A stretch of 63,595 bases of DNA, filler included, from Craspedostauros australis (lineage: Eukaryota): NCBI GenBank assembly GCA_030167865.1. It is 10 parts of 10 records of this genome, joined end to end, with 100 filler letters (N's around TTAATTAATTAA, not from the genome) between each part and the next. Parts side by side here need not be neighbours in the genome. Positions count along the whole stretch, not along the records: positions 1 to 21,671 come from JALAGF010001770.1; 9 more parts are not named here. One strand, 5' to 3'. A program made the position numbers and the translations under genes. Shown piece after piece: positions 1 through 11,613 of this stretch. Every line of letters begins with the position of its first letter. Position 1 is the first letter of the stretch. The notes under the pieces are model-generated. The model did not search any database. It was not told the origin of the DNA and saw nothing but the letters and a program-made list of their open reading frames with translations.

Positions 1-2940
1 GCCACCCATGGACGAAACACTGTTGCGGTGGTGATGTTGCTGTACCTGTTGTGGTTGTTGTTGTGATTGTGATTGTAACAGGAACAAAGTGCTCTGTGGA
101 GCAACGATCTCTGTGGAGAGTGTTGGGGTTGTGAGTTTTGTGTGCTCTGTGCTGGCCCAAGACAGCAGCCTTGTTTTGCGCGAACCGGAGACGAAAACAC
201 GCGCAGCAAACACCGACGCAGTGTAAAGTGGGGAAATGGAGCAATGACGAAGAGCGAAAGCAACTCGGGCGAATTTTGGGGGGAAAGCACCAATTATCCA
301 AAAAAGAACAAAAATTCCATATTCTTCCGTCGAGGATAAGAACTAGGCGGAAACAAGCAATTTATGACTTGAACGCTATGAAATAGAGCCAATTATTGCA
401 TTTTGAACTGCCCCCCAAGAACGGATGTTTCGATCTCTGTTCAAATCGTCCCGAATTGCAAGTTGTGGACAACACTTGGCAATACCCAATGGTATGAGCA
501 GTTGAACCAGACAGGTCGCTGGCTGAAACCGATCTTTTACCATGGTGATGGCGGGAGCATACTGCGAACGCGGCAGCAATGTGAATGCTTCTCGCAGATG
601 GACCCGGCACCTCTCCACTCTCCAGAAACGTTCGTTCGCAGTGCATCATCCGCCCCCCCCCCCCCCCGGGGTTTNCCCCCCCCCCCCCTCGGGGTTTCTC
701 CAGCATGTGCTGAGTTCTTCCCTTGTGATTCGCATCCCACAGCCTTCGAGGAGTCCGACTTCTCTCATGCTTCCATCCATCCTTTGACCTGCCGAGGTCG
801 ACCTCTGACAGCATGCGACGAACCGGCCAACGGCAGACAAGTCGCAACTGGTCTTGGTTGCGATGGAAGAAATCGATACATTCGTTATCCTCGCCACATC
901 CGAGTAGAGCATGTTTAGACACACAGAACAAGCTGCCATATATGCATACCAAGCTTGTTCTTGGGAGGAAGATCTCGCACTGACGCTGGATTGAACTGAA
1001 TGCAAGGAAGACATGACAAAGCAGGCATGGCAACCAAACAACCAGCCAATTGCACCACAACATGACCCGGGTACGATGCCATCCGAGTGAAGGCGCTTCC
1101 AACCAATGGCAACGAAGCGAGTTGCCGATGACAAAATGCCAATGCCGTGCGTCGAGCCAGCAGCATCTGATTGAAGTGAGCGCAACTGCCATCGTTGTTC
1201 CCGGAATATGATTCAAATGCTCTGCTTGGCTGTGATCTGCTCTGCTCTGTTCTGTTCTATTCAGGATCGTTGTCACGCAGGGAAGATGGTGTTGCTCGAA
1301 TTGCACACCATGAACTGCAAAGCATGCACTGTACAATATAATATATAATAGAATAATACATATTGTATTGCCAACGGATAGAGTAGATCGTAGAATATAG
1401 TACTTGAGATGGTAGGATGCCGCAACTACGTGCGTACGATCGATGATATGCATTATACAATACAAGTATAGGGTACCGATGGAGCACTTGCGACGGCAGC
1501 AAGAACAACTGCGTCGGCCAGAAACAGCAGAAGGACGAACAACTGCAGAAAACGGAAAGGAAGAATGCCAATGATATATGCGAGGACACGTACGAGCGTG
1601 TAGGTACAACTCAGAATCCGAAAGATACGATCTGCCCACCATCTCCCCTCCACGAGTGGCGTATGTGTGAAGGCGGAGATCGTGAAGCACACAGCGTTGG
1701 TGGTGCCGATGATCAGGTACAGAGGAATTATGGTGGTCTGGCGCAGACGAACAGCGTCGTACCATCCGTACGTGTGCATGCTCGTAGAGCAGAGGAGAAC
1801 AGCGGGCCGTTTCTGCTCCTCTGGCTGGCTCCCCACCGAATCTTTGGCTTTCGGTGCCGATTCTGTGGTGGGCGCAAAACCAAGGGTCGAATCAGTGTGT
1901 CGCTCGGGTGTTATTTGTGGTCGAGGATGGAGGTTTTGGATGATTGGGGAGGTCACCGTGTTCGGTTTTGATTGGGCTTCCAGTGATCTGAAGGGAGAAA
2001 CAGAGGTTTGAAAGGCGACCTCCCTTGGAGGGTGCGGCATTTGGAAATCCGATGACGTTTGCGGACTTCGTTCGTTAAGCCCACATACAGAACCGTATCG
2101 AAACAATTAGTGCCGTGATTGTCCAAAACAACGAAAAACGGACATGACGTGGCCAGCAAATGGGGAGCACAATGTGGATCGCTTTAATTATTTTGATATA
2201 CGGTAGGACATTCGGCACACTCTGTTGGCCGCGCTGCGTTGGTACTGAAAGCAACGAAGGAATCAGTGTACCAATCAACTATTGGCATCGCGCTTGTCCT
2301 TCTCGCGACAGCTCAGGGAAGAAAGGTTGAGAGATTTCTCGCCCAGTCCTCCTTGTGCCGATCGCGAAAACTGCCGAAACTGAACCCTGACCACAGTCCG
2401 CAAATCATTTGTGCCCGTATTTTGATGATGCGCAGGGCCACGCGCGTCCCCCAACTTTGCGTGTGTCTGTGTGTGTGACATGCCATGCGATGGTTCACCA
2501 CGTTCTGGGGACACGGGCACCATCCTGGTAGGCGCTGTACGGCGGGGTACGAGGTACGGGAACAACCCCAACAGCCGCGCAGAAGCGGAGGCGCCCCGAT
2601 TTCGCAGGCAATTCTTCGTGTTATTGCCTAAAAATACGTGGGTCGCTGGTAGAAGTGCGGCATGATGGATGGGGCTGCGCGTTGGCCTCCCCAACAGAGA
2701 GTTCCTCGGTCAACGGCAACAAGAGCAGCAACAGGAGCAGAAGGCAGAGGAATTCTGCGCCTCATCCGTTGCTGCGGTTTTGTGGTGATTGCTGCGGTGG
2801 TGGCCATCTGCGCCCAATCAACCCACAAAACGGATTCACGGACGTTTTGCTTTGGTTGGATTTTTGGTCGGAGCAGGTGCCCGGACTGAAGGCTATTTGG
2901 TTGTGTGTTGGTTCGAAGAGTCTTGAAGAGTCTTGAAGAG

Positions 2941-4544
2941 ATGGTGGACGTATACGAACGATCGAAGGTACTGTTGGAGAAAGCATCAACCATATACGCA
3001 TGCAACAATTACATAGATAGAATGCAGGGGCAGCTGCGCGAGAGATCCGCAGCTGCTGCATCCGATGTCCATCGTCAGCATCACCAGCATCATCAGCACC
3101 AGGACAACGATCAGCACAAGCAGGACAACCATCACCATCACAACGATCATCACCATCAACAACAACCACAACCACAACAGCGGCACCACAGGCGCCATGA
3201 CGACAACGACCATTCCGCCTGCGGGCCCAACAAGCGACGAAAGTCCCACACAGAGGCAGACCAGCAGCGATACAACGCCGTCTCATCAGCTGCTGCTGCT
3301 GCTGCTGCTGCTACTGCCAGCCATCAACACGATCAGGCATCAGCAGCGGGAGGCACGAAGGCCATCAGCAAGGAGGGGTCCATCGCCACCAGCGTCGGAG
3401 GAATCAACCCTCTGTGGCGAGAGAAGATCTGCGACTGGGCATACCAAGGTACGTACAGCAGGAGCAAAGTAGCAACGCCCACGTCGATGTCGACGAGAAC
3501 ACCACTGCGAGGGAACCGCCTCCATTCCTCCCATCATGCCCGGCACCCCTGTGCTTGTGCCAAACAGGTGGCTGATGGCATGGCCAACGACGCCATCGTC
3601 CACCATGTCTGAGCCATGAGAAGGGAGGGCTGTGCTCAACGTCGTCTCGATTCACTTCGATGCACGGCCAACATCGGATGGCCGGAGCCTTTGCTTTCGG
3701 AGCAGCTGCGTCTGTCGGGCTGGTGTGATGCGTCAATGCTACGTCCCTCGCGTCTTTCCAGTCCCTTCCGCACACACTCACATCCACATCCACACCCCAC
3801 TTGCATATCCACCTGCATATCCGCTTGCACAACCGTTGAATACAACTGCACCCGACAGTCGTCGACTACTTCCACATGGATCGCGAGATCGTGGCCATCA
3901 CGATGAGCCACGTTGATCGGTACCTCTCCATGAGCCAAGATCCCATCGACAAGCACGCCTTCCAGCTGCTGTCCATGACCTGCCTCTACCTTGCCATCAA
4001 GCTCTACGAGTACAGGCACATCGCAGTCCCAGGATCCAACTCCACCATGGAGGCCATCCTCATGTTCAGCAAGGGAGTCTTCACCATCGAGCAAGTTCAG
4101 ACCATGGAGGTCGAGGTGCTGCGGTCCCTCCAGTGGTTCGTCCACCCACCGACGGCCCACACGCTCGTAGATCACATGATGATGACGCTCGATGGAACCA
4201 CCAAGGAGTTCTACGACATCATCCGGTACATGATCGAGCTCTCCGTCCTCGACTACTACTTCGTACCCTTCAGCGCGGGGGACATCGCCTTCGCGGCAAT
4301 CCTCAATGCCCGCGAGGTCTTCGGCATGAACCCGGCCCATTCCAGCGCGGACATCATGCGTCTGCAGGAGATCGGCCTCTTCGCCAACGACCCCGCCATC
4401 CTGGCCTGCAGGCAGCGTCTCTCGCTCCTCCTCCAGGAATCCCCGGTCCCAAGCAGCATCCAGCACATGATGAACGCCAAGGACAGCGCGGATCCCTCCG
4501 GCAAGTCTTCTCCCGTGAGCGTCCTCCACACTCACCGCATGTAA
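2941..4544 (+). CDS. Diatom-specific-type cyclin (cyclin N-box), 2 exons: 2941-3448, 3859-4544
   Basis: Splicing at caag|GTACGT (3449) and cgacAG|tc (3858) gives WREKICDWAYQVVDYFHMDREIVAITMSHVDRYLS...FQLLSMTCLYLAIKL...MEVEVLRSLQWFVHPPT, a cyclin box typical of the expanded diatom cyclins. His/Gln-rich insert in exon 1. Confidence 0.9.
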
Positions 4545-6061
4545 TCAAGCGCAGGTGCGGTCGCAGGAACAGGAACAGTTCAGGTGCTCCATGATGTACC
4601 TTCACTGCCCTGCACAGACTTCCACACACCTCCACGCGAATCTGCAACACCTCTCCCCGATGCACTCTAGTCCTCCTCCCCGGTCAGCATTTGGCTGGGG
4701 ACGGGCGCAACCGGCACGAATCGCCGGCGCCTCATCGTAGGCACGCACTACAAGACTACTCGTACATCAGCAAGGACCTCCTGGCACATGGGGTGAAGAG
4801 GCTCTGGAACCAATCTTCCGTGTCCATCTGCCGTGCCCAGCGTTCCAGACACCTCCATCCTAGCTACGGAGGATCTCTCGTTCTCGTGCAATCTCAACAG
4901 CACCATACATCAAAGCAACACACAACACATCAAATCAAATCAAATCAATCTGTACACTACAATCTCACTCAACACATCCTCAACTTAAGAAACACACAAT
5001 TGCACGCAAACAATGCGAACAGGCAACAAGAACACAGAGTATTTACTCTCACGACCATCCGCACGTGATGGTCCTAAATCATTGACTTAAAATGATCCAT
5101 GTTAGCCGATAACTCACAACACTACTGTCTTCAATACACTGGAGTACTCGAACTATCATAGTATTACTGTATGGAACACGTGCATTGTACGCACAATACA
5201 CCACCAGAGATTGATGCGCACCACTGTTGCTTTGTCTGGGTACGAGGACGCATGCTCCCGCCCACACGCCAGGCAAGATTTCAACTCCTCAATTACATCA
5301 CATCACATCATCAGAATACTGTTTAGGAATAGGCGGTCGACACGTGGACGAGTACAGGCATGTCGCCGTCTTTTGTAGTGGATGATATGATGTTGATAGC
5401 ACTCCCGACTTGCATGAAGGTCGTTACCGTATGTGTGCTCGTCCCGCACCATCCGGCGAGCGCATCGAAGCATCACTGAAGACCCTGAATGGGGTCGCCT
5501 GAACGAGCAGTACACCAATTAACCTGGAAAGTGCCCCACGCGAGTGGCTGCGAATGGAAGTCCGAGTTGACGACAGCCTGTTCCAGACGCAGCAATCCGC
5601 CCAGAGGAATCGCGAGCAAACAGATCTTTTTGCTACTCTCTGTTCGTGGATTCGCTTGCCCTTGTGTGTGTGTGTGGACACATCACATGCACTCTATTGA
5701 CATTGGCTCCGATGTTCATGGTGCACGCCAATCAAATCAAACAGAACAAAAAATGATGACGTGACGTGACATGACACGCTGTGACGCAAAGAGCAGTTTC
5801 TCCCCCCTCTCTCAAGCACACACAGGACGATGATGTGATCAAGACCGAGATGGATGGCGATTGGGTGATGCGTTTGTTGTGACAAAGTCATGATGCTGGA
5901 CAAAAACAGAGGAATTGATGGGTGGTTCGGAAGTTGGAGTACGTTGGGGAACGGTATCGCTTGTCAGTCCACTGGAGAACCGAGTCCAGTCCACTCATGT
6001 GGGACGTCAACGAATGGTTCGACCAAACACATGTTTCCGAACCATTCGATTCAACAGGCAC

Positions 6062-6073
6062 TTCGCGCCAAAA
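6062..6073 (-). promoter_or_regulatory. Candidate E2F-binding site (TTTTGGCGCGAA on minus strand) upstream of POLE2
   Basis: Matches the E2F consensus TTTSSCGC and lies ~300 nt upstream of the ATG of a DNA replication gene. Confidence 0.5.
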
Positions 6074-6368
6074 ATTGATTTGAAAACGAACAAGACGCAA
6101 ATGGCGATTTGGCATTCTGAACAACAATAGTCGTGTTCCTTGTTGGCGATCGCCAATTCAGTCTGTTTCCACATTGAGCAGAACGCACAATGCGATAGTG
6201 GAGAGAGAGAGAGTTGGCACATCACACTGCGTTTTCCTTCAAAGCGTCGTATCACCGAGTCATACAGGGAACAGCCGAGGACAGCATTTTCCGCAAAGCA
6301 AACAACAAACAACAAGCAGCCCAGCATACCTGTACCAAGACAACAGTACGAGCTCTATTTGTGCGAAC

Positions 6369-9300
6369 ATGGTGAACCGACGCATTCTCATCCGCACGTG
6401 CAAGCAGCACGGGTTCATCCTGCAGCCGGCTGCTCTCAAGGCCGTCCAGGAGTGCTGCGGAAATAACGCCGGAAACGGCAACGGAAATGGAAACGGCAAT
6501 CGAAGCAACCGATCAAATGCAACGGTTAGTGGACGTGATGATGGCACGCTATCCATCCATCACATGGATGACTTCGTGGCGGTGTTGCAGCATCTGCAAC
6601 GGATCCATCCGCGCAACGCCTCTGGCGGCAGCGTGGCTGGCGGACCGCTGATCATCACTGCCGAGCTGTGGAGTGAGGCGTTGCAGGGCTTGTACGACGC
6701 CACCAAGGCAGCATCTGCCGCGCAATCTGCAGCAGCAGATAAGGCGCAGCCAAACGGGCACGGACATGAAAACGATGAACAGCACATGCTTGACGATGAT
6801 GGCGATGATGGTGATGGTGATGGCGCACGAATTGGTCTGAGAAGGACTGCGCGCAATGGCGGAAGAAGCCGCTCCACAGCTGTCGCATCCTCCAGAAACA
6901 GGACGACGCAACCTTCTGCGTCACAATCGTTAACATCCATCAGGGATGCATTTGCCATCCAAAAGCGCAAGCAAAATGCAGAACAGACGACATTGAACGA
7001 TCAGGATGGTACGAGCAGCGCGACACATGGAAACCCGCAGGGCGGCAATACGACCATTGAGACACTGAAGTCGTCATCATCATCATCATCATCATCGGCG
7101 ACAACGAAAATCCCGTTCAATGTCGTGTCCGCGTTCCACATGCCACGCTTGTCGTACGATCCGCTGAGGCAGCAGTTCGGCTACGAGGGTCATCACAGCA
7201 GGGCGGTTGCCCAAGTCTCAGTCATTCTGGGATCCGCGCAGGACAAGGTGGATCGCATGATCCAGCGGTACGCCCTGATCCAGCAGCGCTTGATGCGACA
7301 TGAGCTGTTCCGCTCGTCTCGCGCACGCGGCCAGGCCACACGTCAGGGCAACTTCTGGATGTCTCCAGACGCTCTGAATCAACCTGCAAGGCCTGCGCTG
7401 TCGCTCACCTCCATCGATCGTTTGCTGGGAACCAAGAGCAACGATTCGGAACACGGGCACAGCACCACGCTGGTGCTGTTTGGTTTGCTCAAGTACAACA
7501 ATGACTCCACCATCCAGCTCAAGAAGGCTTCCGTGGATGACAGTTCCGCCGCGTTACTATCACAGCATCATCCTTTCGTGCTGGAGGATCCAACGGGGCA
7601 GGTTGTTCTGGACATGACGATTGCCAAGTCCGCAGCTACGCAAGGCAACGATAAAAACAACAACAACAACAACAACAGCGACAACAGCAGCAGCGACAAC
7701 AACGGCGATGACGACGGGGAGAAGGATGCAAGCGCACTTGATGGATTCGTGACAGACCATTCCATGGTCCTCGTGCAGGGTGTGTACGAATCTGACAGCG
7801 CCGTCTTCGTCGTGCATCACCTTGGCTTCCCGCCGGCCGAAAGCCAAGCGACATCCCGATCTGTTGTGCCCATGCCACCATACTGCATCGCCGCTGCCAG
7901 CACGGGCCTCATCAGTGGCACAGGCATGCTGAACAAGCCTTCGCTGCCACCCCTTCAACTGTACATCATATCCCAGTGCCACATGGATCAACTTGAGGTC
8001 ATGGATGAAATCCGCAGGATCCTCGGCATCATCGAACGACGCCAGTATCAGCATGCGGCCGTATGCTTCTTGGGAAATTTCAGCAGCACCAGCAACAAGG
8101 CTCGCATGACGCTCACGTCGTCCTCCATGTGCAGCTCTTCGTCATGCAGCGCTTCAGGTGGGCGAGCGGCATCGGCTCATCCGCTGAAGGAGCTGGCAAC
8201 GATCATCACCGAATCGTATCCCTTCGTCGCCAAGCACACGCAACTGATCTTCGTTCCTGGACCATCCGACACGAGCCTTCCTGTCCTGCCGCAGCCTGCG
8301 TTGCGCTCGCCGGCACAATCTCTCCTGTCGGGCATCGAGCACTGGCGCATGGCGACCAATCCTTGTCGCATCGCGTACGGCGAGCAGGAGATCGTGCTAT
8401 TCCGTCAAGGCCTCAGCGATCTGCTGATGCAGACGCAGGTGCTGCAATTCCGCAACGGCGATGTTGAAGGCTCCGCAAGCCTGCGTTGCGCACGCACCAT
8501 CGTCGAGCAGGGGCATTTGGTCCCCGTCGCACCGCATCAACGGCCCTTGTTTTGGAACTGCGATCATGCTCTGCGTCTGTACCCGCTTCCGGACGCCGTC
8601 GTGGTTGGCGATGCGACGCCGTATGCGCACGTCATCGAAGAATGCCCTGTTGTTTCGCCGGGCAATGTCGTCGGTGGTGACGGGATGGGTGAAGGCAACG
8701 CCAAGGGCTATGTCCACATGACTCTGCTGGGACAACGCACGTTATCGCGCCGCAAAGCGAACGCGGAGCAACGACGTAGACAAGGCAACCAGAGTGAGCA
8801 ACAGCAGCAAGACGTCAGCACTTTGATCCGTTTGTACGAAAATGGCGCGCTCACCAAGTCGAATGAATCCGGCGTATTCCAGAGATACAGGCCAAGGCAG
8901 AAAGACATGCAGGCAAATGCCAAGACGGCTGAGAAGACAAGCAACAATGCAGAACGTGGGACGGAACATACTGGCACAATTGCAAGGGAAGCAGCAAGCG
9001 TTGAAGAGGAAGGCAAGGCGATGTCCATCGAGAACGAGGAGACTCCCACAACCGAGATTATCCCAAAGCCACAGCCACAGCCAGCAACGAAGGCAAAGCC
9101 AAAGCCAATGACACAGTCGAAGCCTGTCACGAACAGCACGCAAGACTCTGCCGCCGCCGCCACCATTACCACCAACATCAGCACATCTACGAGTACGCTC
9201 GCCAGCCGGTTTGCGGCGTTTGCCAACACGAAAACAACGCAGAAAAGTGTCCCACCGGTGGTTGAGGAAGAGAAAGCGGTTCCAACACAAGTCCCAACGC

Positions 9301-9554
9301 AGATGGAAGGAGGATCGCAACAAACGTCCAGCGTGGTATTTGACGAAAGCCAGTCGTCAGTCTCGCTGGTTGCAGCAGGAGAAGAGCAAGAAGAGGAGAA
9401 GGGAGAGCACGACGGAGAGCACGACGAGGAAGAAACGCCAGAGGATACGGACGTTCTGTTCGCACTCGCGAATCCAGCGTGGAAGGAGAGCAGCAAGAAC
9501 CTGAACATGAACATGGAGGAGTTTCCTTTTTCGCAGATGTCCTGTGAGGATTGA
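6369..9554 (+). CDS. POLE2: DNA polymerase epsilon subunit 2 (B subunit, Dpb2) with long insertions and C-terminal extension
   Basis: Intronless ORF from ATG 6369. Motifs VVSAFHMPRLSYD, RYALIQQRLMRHELF, LEDPTGQV, LGFPPAE, LIFVPGPSD, TNPCRIAY..QEIVLFR, TIVEQGHLVP, WNCDHALRLYPLPDAVVVGD are characteristic of Dpb2/POLE2. Confidence 0.93.
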   Translation: MVNRRILIRTCKQHGFILQPAALKAVQECCGNNAGNGNGNGNGNRSNRSNATVSGRDDGTLSIHHMDDFVAVLQHLQRIHPRNASGGSVAGGPLIITAELWSEALQGLYDATKAASAAQSAAADKAQPNGHGHENDEQHMLDDDGDDGDGDGARIGLRRTARNGGRSRSTAVASSRNRTTQPSASQSLTSIRDAFAIQKRKQNAEQTTLNDQDGTSSATHGNPQGGNTTIETLKSSSSSSSSSATTKIPFNVVSAFHMPRLSYDPLRQQFGYEGHHSRAVAQVSVILGSAQDKVDRMIQRYALIQQRLMRHELFRSSRARGQATRQGNFWMSPDALNQPARPALSLTSIDRLLGTKSNDSEHGHSTTLVLFGLLKYNNDSTIQLKKASVDDSSAALLSQHHPFVLEDPTGQVVLDMTIAKSAATQGNDKNNNNNNNSDNSSSDNNGDDDGEKDASALDGFVTDHSMVLVQGVYESDSAVFVVHHLGFPPAESQATSRSVVPMPPYCIAAASTGLISGTGMLNKPSLPPLQLYIISQCHMDQLEVMDEIRRILGIIERRQYQHAAVCFLGNFSSTSNKARMTLTSSSMCSSSSCSASGGRAASAHPLKELATIITESYPFVAKHTQLIFVPGPSDTSLPVLPQPALRSPAQSLLSGIEHWRMATNPCRIAYGEQEIVLFRQGLSDLLMQTQVLQFRNGDVEGSASLRCARTIVEQGHLVPVAPHQRPLFWNCDHALRLYPLPDAVVVGDATPYAHVIEECPVVSPGNVVGGDGMGEGNAKGYVHMTLLGQRTLSRRKANAEQRRRQGNQSEQQQQDVSTLIRLYENGALTKSNESGVFQRYRPRQKDMQANAKTAEKTSNNAERGTEHTGTIAREAASVEEEGKAMSIENEETPTTEIIPKPQPQPATKAKPKPMTQSKPVTNSTQDSAAAATITTNISTSTSTLASRFAAFANTKTTQKSVPPVVEEEKAVPTQVPTQMEGGSQQTSSVVFDESQSSVSLVAAGEEQEEEKGEHDGEHDEEETPEDTDVLFALANPAWKESSKNLNMNMEEFPFSQMSCED

Positions 9555-9740
9555 AGTGTGGTTAGATGATAAATGTAACACAAGATGAAGAAAGATACAC
9601 ACTCAACTTTGATCCTATTATATGATACTTGCTCTATCGTGTTCTTCTCCTGTCTCCTCCAACGTCTCGTGATGTCATTTCTCACCTGACTGATTGAAGT
9701 ATTGTATTTGTAAGTATGCTCTCAAGACTGTGGATGTCCT

Positions 9741-10778
9741 CTACTTTGAATCTGAGTTTGACTTCGAGTTGGACTTCGAGTCTGACTTCGTGTTTGACTT
9801 CGAGTCTGACTTCGAGTCTAACTTGGAAGCGGCGTTCGACTTTGAATCCGATTGCGATTTGGATTCGATGAGGATCATCGTGTCCCGCGCCGTGTTCGAG
9901 GTGTAATGTCCGAACGGTTTCTTGGCGGCGTTCTTGTTCTTCTTGCGCGTGTGCCGTTCGAGTTCGTGCGTCCGAATGACGAAGAGGATCATCTCGATGA
10001 AGAGCATGGCGACGCCGCTGACGACACCGATGAGGACGCGCTTGATATCGGGCGCGTTGTTGTTTTTGGGCGCCTCGAAGGACCCCGCGAAGATCCAATC
10101 CAACAGGGATCCGGCGAAGAAGTACATGAAGGTGCCGAAGGAGATCGGGGCGATGATCATGTTCAAGCCGACGCTGGCTGCGTACGTCATGGACTTGGTG
10201 GTGATGTCATCATCCGCAATGTTGTTGGAGGCATTGATGTTGGTTGTCAGCCTGTAGTACTTGTTCTCCTCCTTGAGCAGCCGAAGCCGCTCCATTCGTT
10301 TCTGGAACTTCTGCTTTTGCCTTTCTTCCTCTTGCGTGAGTGGCTGATTCAGTTGTTCCTCATTGGGCTGTCCCGTCATTGTGAATACCAACGATGAAGA
10401 TCTCAATGCTTGTTCCAGCTGTTGCAACGAGTTTGCATCTGCATCTGCCGTTGTTGAGGCTGTTGTTGTGGCTGCTCCATCTGATACTGAAGCAGAAGCA
10501 GAAAATGACGATGACAGTGACAATGACGATGACAATGACGATTGCTGACCCCAAATGAGCCTCATGGATTGAAGCACGGAGATCGGGACGAAGTGCACAC
10601 CTTCGCTGGACTTCTTGAGATTCTTGGTGGAGAAGTAGTCGCGAATGGCGTCGCAGGCCTCAGCCACGCCTGCGGATGCAACTGCAGCCTTGGGCATGTT
10701 CATGCGACATCTCGTGAGGAGATCCTCGAGCTCCTTCGTCAACTCCACCCCTTCCAGTTTCTTCTTCGCCAGTGTCAT
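9741..10778 (-). CDS. TMEM199: TMEM199/Vma12-like V-ATPase assembly factor
   Basis: Coiled coil (FQKRMERLRLLKEENKYYRLT) followed by two TM helices (SVGLNMIIAPISFGTFMYFF; LIGVVSGVAMLFIEMILFVIR) and a basic tail, the Vma12 layout. Confidence 0.75.
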   Translation of the reverse strand: MTLAKKKLEGVELTKELEDLLTRCRMNMPKAAVASAGVAEACDAIRDYFSTKNLKKSSEGVHFVPISVLQSMRLIWGQQSSLSSSLSLSSSFSASASVSDGAATTTASTTADADANSLQQLEQALRSSSLVFTMTGQPNEEQLNQPLTQEEERQKQKFQKRMERLRLLKEENKYYRLTTNINASNNIADDDITTKSMTYAASVGLNMIIAPISFGTFMYFFAGSLLDWIFAGSFEAPKNNNAPDIKRVLIGVVSGVAMLFIEMILFVIRTHELERHTRKKNKNAAKKPFGHYTSNTARDTMILIESKSQSDSKSNAASKLDSKSDSKSNTKSDSKSNSKSNSDSK

Positions 10779-11613
10779 CTTGTCTTCTCGAATTCACTCG
10801 AGATGAGTTGCTCTTGCCTCTGTTCGTTCCTGAAATGATTGGATAGAGAAGTCCTTGTGTTGCCAAGTGTTGCTTTTGTGTCTCTGGTGGTTTCGAGTCG
10901 TCTTTGGCATTGTGATGATGATGGTGATGATCGTGGTGGTGATCACAGTGGTGTGTGCGTAGTGGCGGGAGATTTCTGTTGTTGCGTTCCAAGTTTGAAT
11001 TTTGAGGGGTCAGATTCTCTAACGACCCCTTTCCCACCTCCATTTGAGAGGATCGGTTGCCCCCGAATAGCTCGTACGATGCGACATGCAACCACGATGA
11101 GGAGATCCACTCCCCTCCACATGAATGCAGTTGAACGGCGGAGAGACACAATAATACTCCCTCTCTCTCCAGAGAAAGAACCTGAGAGACTAGTCAAGAG
11201 AGCGATATTGCATTCCTTACTCGAATCATTTGAAGCCCATTGGTGACAGAGCGGAGATGTTATGCTGATAGTTGGAATACGTAATTCTGGAGCACTCATA
11301 GAACGGAGTAACTCTCATGCCTTACTCGATTTTGTACTGGTGCATAGTGTACTTGTGAATGAAAGTCAAGTACTCTCCACAGACAGAGAGTACTTGTATG
11401 ACACTACATGGTGCGTACATGCCACAGCCGTTCCACTCCATTGCCTGTCTAGCCCGGCGATGTGAGACTCGCAGAGATTCGCAGCGATCACTGCCGTATA
11501 CCTTAACCCACGAGACGAGCTCTCTCTCTGTCTCTCTCTGTGCATGCCTGCCTATCTCCTTGCAGGCACACATGCGAATACACCATTCATGTTCACTATG
11601 GAGGGAGCAAGGA

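Noticed and set aside
651..700. Duplicated poly-C/GGGGTTT tract as a G-quadruplex or telomere-like element
   Set aside because: Contains an N between two near-identical halves; probably a homopolymer assembly artefact.
362..2106. Long minus-strand ORFs (467 aa, 217 aa)
   Set aside because: No family motifs, atypical composition, and one crosses an ambiguous poly-C/N tract. A small gene cannot be excluded but is unsupported.
5476..5500. Hammerhead ribozyme cores (CTGAAGA here; CTGATGA ~21328; CTGACGA ~59053)
   Set aside because: None is followed by a proper stem II plus GAAA and stem III/UH.
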